Assembly: GCA_029013165.1 (NCBI GenBank)
Contig: JAQXMV010000059.1
Location: forward strand, 1-46,335
Length of the DNA stretch: 46,335 nt
From: Oscillospiraceae bacterium
GTDB lineage: Bacteria > Bacillota > Clostridia > Oscillospirales > Acutalibacteraceae
Direction: 5' to 3'
The position numbers and the translations under genes are program-made. The notes under the pieces were generated by a model that saw nothing but the letters and a program-made list of their open reading frames with translations, had not been told where the DNA came from and ran no database searches. This document shows positions 43,162 to 46,335 of the stretch, piece after piece (the stretch's first letter is position 1; every line of letters begins with the position of its first letter).

Positions 43162-43464
43162 ATGATCAGACATATTGTCATGTGGAAATTCAAGGAGGAG
43201 GCCCAGGGCCTCACGCGGCAGGAAAACCTGCTCAAGGTCAAGGCGATGCTGGAGGCCTTGCCGGAAAAGATTGATTTTATCCGGGAAATGCAGGTTAACC
43301 TCAATATCAACCCGAAGCCGGGAATGTTTGACGCCGTGTTAATCAGCACCTTTGACAGCCTCGAGGATGTGAACCGCTATCGCGTTCATCCGGAGCACAA
43401 GAAGATCTCCGACTATGTTGCCCTCGTCCGGGAGGACAGAGCCAGCGTGGATTATGAGCTGTGA
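43162..43464 (+). CDS. Dabb (stress-responsive alpha/beta-barrel) family protein
   Basis: 100 aa. MIRHIVMWKFKEE...FDSLEDVNRYRVHPEHKK matches the Dabb pattern. Confidence 0.85.
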   Translation: MIRHIVMWKFKEEAQGLTRQENLLKVKAMLEALPEKIDFIREMQVNLNINPKPGMFDAVLISTFDSLEDVNRYRVHPEHKKISDYVALVREDRASVDYEL

Positions 43465-43718
43465 TTCGGTGAACGCTCATTCACCCAAAAGGGCAAATAA
43501 AAATTATTTATGAACAAAACAGGGCAAAAATTCAAAGCATTCGCAACATTTTTTTCACATTGGTTTTATTTCTTAACAATTAGTGAATTCTAACAAAAAA
43601 ACTCGACGACCGCCCCACTTTGTGATATAATCAGTACATTATTTCGGCTTTTGATGCGTATATTTTGTGTGTGAGAGCCGGAAATAGTGAGTTTATCCAT
43701 AGAAAGGGAGATGTAGTT

Positions 43719-44957
43719 TTGAAAGCGAGTGAAAGCGTAAAAAACTATGCGGCCTCTGTCAGAATGTATACCAATTACACTGTCAGAGAAATCAAAAAAA
43801 TCTGTAAAGAAATCGGCCCCAGACCTGCCGGCTATGAGGCGGAAAAGAAAGCCCAGGAGCACATGGCTCAGGAAATGAAAACCTGTGCCGATGAAGTCAG
43901 ACTGGAAGAATTCAAGCTGGCACCGAAGGCCTTCATGAGCTGGATCCGGGTCGACGGTATCATTCTTCTGATATCCATTATATTCTCATTGTTGAATCTG
44001 CCGATTGTCAGCGCAGTGCTGACGGCAGCAGCCTTTGTGATTTGCTTCTGTGAGTTCCTCATGTACTGGGAATTTATGGACGGCCTTTTCCCGAAAAAAA
44101 TCTCTCATAATGTTGCCGGTATCAAAAAGGCGACAGGGGAGACCAAACAAAGAATTATCTTCAGCGGACACATCGACTCTTCCTATGAATGGACATACAC
44201 GCACCACGGCGGAAAAGGTCTGCTCTATTTCTGCGGCGGCTATGCCGTTCTGAGCCTGGTTTTCGTTCTCGTGGTTTCACTGCTTGACGCTTTCAATGCC
44301 TTTGCCGACGGTTCCATGGTTGACAAGGTACTGACTTATGCACAGATCGCCTGTATCCCCGGTGGCTTCCTGGCCATTTTCTTCGTTAACTTCAAGCTCT
44401 GTGTTGAGGGTGCTAACGACAACCTCACCGGCGCCGTTTCATCGGTTGCCATACTGAAATATCTCAAGGACAACGATATTTCCTTTGAGCATACTGAGGT
44501 CGTTGCTCTCACCGCCGGCGCCGAGGAATCCGGTCTGCGCGGCTCCAAGGCTTACACCAAGAGACATATCGACGAGCTCAAGGAAATCCCGACTATTTTC
44601 GTCGGTATTGAGACTCTTCGCGACTATGAGGATATGGCGATTTATGCCCGTGACATGACCGGCACGGTCAAGACGGATCATCGTGTTTGCGCACTACTGA
44701 AAAAGGCCGCACTGGAGGCCGGCAGAGATCTTCCTTATTCTTCGGTTTATATCGGCGCTTCCGACGCTGCCGGTGTGCAGAGACTCGGCGTACCTGCCGT
44801 AACTCTCGCTTCCATGAACCCCGGCCCGCCGAGGTATTATCACACCAGAACCGACACGGCCGACAACATGAACATGAAGACCATTGAAAACGGTCTGCAG
44901 ATCTGTCTGAATGCACTGTTCCTTTATGACGAACAGGGTCTTAAGGACGAGTATTAA
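43719..44957 (+). CDS. M28-family zinc aminopeptidase-like protein with embedded TM helices
   Basis: Motifs SGHIDS (His codon 44169), GANDNLTG (Asp codon 44418), AEESGLRGS and YHTRTD are present, with four hydrophobic helices. The TTG start at 43719 follows AGGGAG. An alternative ATG at 43764 makes the start uncertain. Confidence 0.75.
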   Translation: MKASESVKNYAASVRMYTNYTVREIKKICKEIGPRPAGYEAEKKAQEHMAQEMKTCADEVRLEEFKLAPKAFMSWIRVDGIILLISIIFSLLNLPIVSAVLTAAAFVICFCEFLMYWEFMDGLFPKKISHNVAGIKKATGETKQRIIFSGHIDSSYEWTYTHHGGKGLLYFCGGYAVLSLVFVLVVSLLDAFNAFADGSMVDKVLTYAQIACIPGGFLAIFFVNFKLCVEGANDNLTGAVSSVAILKYLKDNDISFEHTEVVALTAGAEESGLRGSKAYTKRHIDELKEIPTIFVGIETLRDYEDMAIYARDMTGTVKTDHRVCALLKKAALEAGRDLPYSSVYIGASDAAGVQRLGVPAVTLASMNPGPPRYYHTRTDTADNMNMKTIENGLQICLNALFLYDEQGLKDEY

Positions 44958-44966
44958 AATCGACTG

Positions 44967-45002
44967 TCCGCGCCCTCTTTTTTGCAGGGCGCGGAACTTT
45001 TG
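44967..45002 (+). terminator. Intrinsic terminator
   Basis: TCCGCGCCCT (44967-44976) / AGGGCGCGGA (44986-44995) followed by ACTTTTG. Confidence 0.75.
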
Positions 45003-45022
45003 TGAAAAATTGATTTTTTCTC

Positions 45023-45051
45023 TTGACAAATCGGCCGCGGTATGGTACTAT
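45023..45051 (+). promoter_or_regulatory. Promoter of the infC-rpmI-rplT operon
   Basis: TTGACA (45023-45028), 17-nt spacer ending in TGg, TACTAT (45046-45051). Confidence 0.55.
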
Positions 45052-45176
45052 ATCTGCACAACAAAGCAGAACAGTTTGCGTTCTCACCCTGCGGATAAGG
45101 TTCCTGCCGGGTCAATAGACTGATTGATTTTGGTGTATTGGTGCGTGAACAGCTTTCTGTTCACGCTTTTATTTTG
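45052..45176 (+). promoter_or_regulatory. Leader with intrinsic terminator upstream of infC (L20-leader-type attenuator, by position)
   Basis: 10-bp stem GCGTGAACAG (45143-45152) / CTGTTCACGC (45157-45166) followed by TTTTATTTT, located between the promoter and infC as in Firmicutes L20-regulated operons. I did not verify the L20-binding pseudoknot. Confidence 0.55.
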
Positions 45177-45211
45177 ATCCGGCGAGAGCCGGGAAAAACT
45201 TTTGGAGGTGT

Positions 45212-45736
45212 ATGAACATCGCTATCAAAGAAATGCAAATCAACGAGGAAATCCGCGATAAAGAGCTTCGGGTAATCATGGGTGACGGTGAAGTGCTCGG
45301 AATCATGTCGGCGGAGGAAGCCTTGAAAATCGCTGAGGAAAAGAATCTTGATCTTGTGAAGATTGCTCCCCAGGCGGTGCCGCCCGTGTGTAAGATCATG
45401 GACTACGGCAAATACCGCTTCGAGCAGACAAAGCGCGAAAAGGAAGCCAAGAAAAACCAGCATACGGTTGAGATCAAGGAAATCAGACTTTCCCTCAATA
45501 TTGATACGCATGACTTCGAGACCAAGGTAAACCACGCCAGACGCTTTCTGACCGCCGGAAACAAGGTTAAGGTTTCCATCCGCTTCAGAGGACGCGAAAT
45601 GGCACACACCCAGAACGGTCTTGTGACCATGTCCGATTTTGCACAGGCCTGCTCAGAGTTCAGTGTGGTGGAAAAGGCCGCCAAGCTCGAAGGCAGATCC
45701 ATGATGATGTTCCTGGCACCAAAGCCGAAAAAGTAA
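45212..45736 (+). CDS. infC: Translation initiation factor IF-3
   Basis: INEEIRDKELRVI...VPPVCKIMDYGKYRFEQ...KEIRLSLNIDTHDFETK is the canonical IF-3 pattern. The exact start codon is uncertain (see finding). Confidence 0.9.
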   Translation: MNIAIKEMQINEEIRDKELRVIMGDGEVLGIMSAEEALKIAEEKNLDLVKIAPQAVPPVCKIMDYGKYRFEQTKREKEAKKNQHTVEIKEIRLSLNIDTHDFETKVNHARRFLTAGNKVKVSIRFRGREMAHTQNGLVTMSDFAQACSEFSVVEKAAKLEGRSMMMFLAPKPKK

Positions 45737-45758
45737 ATCATAACGGGAGGAATAAACA

Positions 45759-45956
45759 ATGCCTAAAATTAAAACACACAGCGGTGCAAAAAAACGCTTC
45801 AAGCTTTCCAAGAACGGTAAGCCCATCCGCTACCATGCCAACAAGTCACACATCCTGACCAAGAAGAACACCAAGCGCAAGAGAGGTCTGCGTCAGACAA
45901 CTGTTGCCGATAAGACAAACGAGAAGCAGATCAAGCGTCTTATCCCCTACAAATAA
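45759..45956 (+). CDS. rpmI: 50S ribosomal protein L35
   Basis: [21 protein letters not shown]..., 65 aa, with a GGGAGG RBS. Confidence 0.95.
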   Translation: MPKIKTHSGAKKRFKLSKNGKPIRYHANKSHILTKKNTKRKRGLRQTTVADKTNEKQIKRLIPYK

Positions 45957-46005
45957 TATCACCAAAAGAAAGACAAAAAAATAACAATAACGGAGGTATT
46001 TAATC

Positions 46006-46335
46006 ATGGCTCGTATTAAAGGCGCAATGATGACTCGTAAGAGAAGAAATAAAGTTTTAAAACTCGCAAAGGGCTATTACGGCTCAAAGCACAGTCTCTT
46101 CAAAACAGCCAAGCAGGCCGTTATGAAGAGCGGTAATTACGCTTACATCGGAAGAAAGCAGAAAAAGCGCGACTTCCGCCGCCTTTGGATAACAAGAATT
46201 TCCGCCGCCTGCAAGGCTAACGGAACCAACTATTCAACTTTTATCAACGGACTCAAGAAAGCCGGCATCACTCTTAACAGAAAGATGCTTTCCGAGATTG
46301 CAATTGCCGATCCCGCCGCTTTCACCGCTCTTGTT
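46006..46335 (+). CDS. rplT: 50S ribosomal protein L20 (3'-truncated by the window edge)
   Basis: GGAGG RBS precedes the ATG at 46006. The translation [42 protein letters not shown]... is open to the end of the window. It is absent from the ORF track because no stop codon is reached. Confidence 0.95.
   Translation, partial: MARIKGAMMTRKRRNKVLKLAKGYYGSKHSLFKTAKQAVMKSGNYAYIGRKQKKRDFRRLWITRISAACKANGTNYSTFINGLKKAGITLNRKMLSEIAIADPAAFTALV

Noticed and set aside
43162-43464. Dabb protein considered as a sugar mutarotase (RhaM-like) belonging to the fucose cluster.
   Set aside because: The sequence pattern (MIRHIVMWKFKEE...HPEHKK) is the generic Dabb family and not RhaM-like. A terminator-like structure separates it from fucI, and fucU already supplies the mutarotase.
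1-46335. Search for CRISPR arrays, tandem repeats, IS elements, prophage, toxin-antitoxin or defence-system genes.
   Set aside because: I saw no regularly spaced direct repeats and no transposase, integrase, nuclease or helicase-type defence signatures in any frame. The only repeats are the paralogous gene pairs (2-1067 and 20835-23614).

Overview
This is a 46.3-kb chromosomal segment from a Bacillota, probably Clostridia-like, organism. The taxon is inferred from the T-box and L20-leader attenuators, GGAGG ribosome-binding sites, many TTGACA-17-TATAAT promoters, and the ftsEX / coiled-coil M23 / ctp gene order. GC is roughly 50% with a strong third-codon-position bias, which produces many long antisense shadow ORFs in the six-frame track.

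The content is overwhelmingly housekeeping, in this order:
- Two tandem paralogs of an unknown exported protein.
- A Phe T-box leader followed by pheS and pheT.
- A small lipoprotein.
- A minus-strand sulfur operon: O-acetylhomoserine sulfhydrylase, cysK, and an Rrf2 regulator.
- The glycolytic genes pgk, tpiA and gpmI.
- topB (topoisomerase III).
- An inactive/active pair of M16 peptidases.
- A PucR/CdaR-type regulator.
- ftsE and ftsX, then two tandem coiled-coil M23 peptidases, then an S41 (Ctp)-like protein.
- A 946-aa TagF-like fusion protein.
- An APC-family permease.
- An orphan secreted protein.
- A four-gene cluster of two flavoproteins, a CXXC miniprotein and a membrane polyferredoxin.
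- A stand-alone tRNA-Gln(CUG).
- An HExxH membrane protein and a 77-aa protein.
- An L-fucose utilisation cluster: GH29 fucosidase, fucA, fucU, kinase, fucI.
- A Dabb protein and a membrane M28 peptidase.
- An L20 leader followed by infC, rpmI and rplT (3'-truncated at the window edge).

I found no transposase, integrase, phage gene, CRISPR array, toxin-antitoxin pair or recognisable defence gene. I cannot honestly claim a clear novel multi-gene system.

The most promising leads are:
1. The S41 homolog downstream of ftsEX and the M23 genes appears to have lost the Ser/Lys catalytic dyad.
2. The flavoprotein / CXXC-miniprotein / polyferredoxin cluster has no known function.
3. The solitary TagF-like protein is fused to two apparently degenerate GT-A modules.
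4. The tandem unknown paralogs at the 5' edge share a near-identical 60-nt 3' end.
5. Repeat motifs sit around the sulfur-operon promoter, the pgk promoter and the pucR-like promoter.

All functional calls come from reading the translated ORFs against family motifs recalled from memory. No database search was run.
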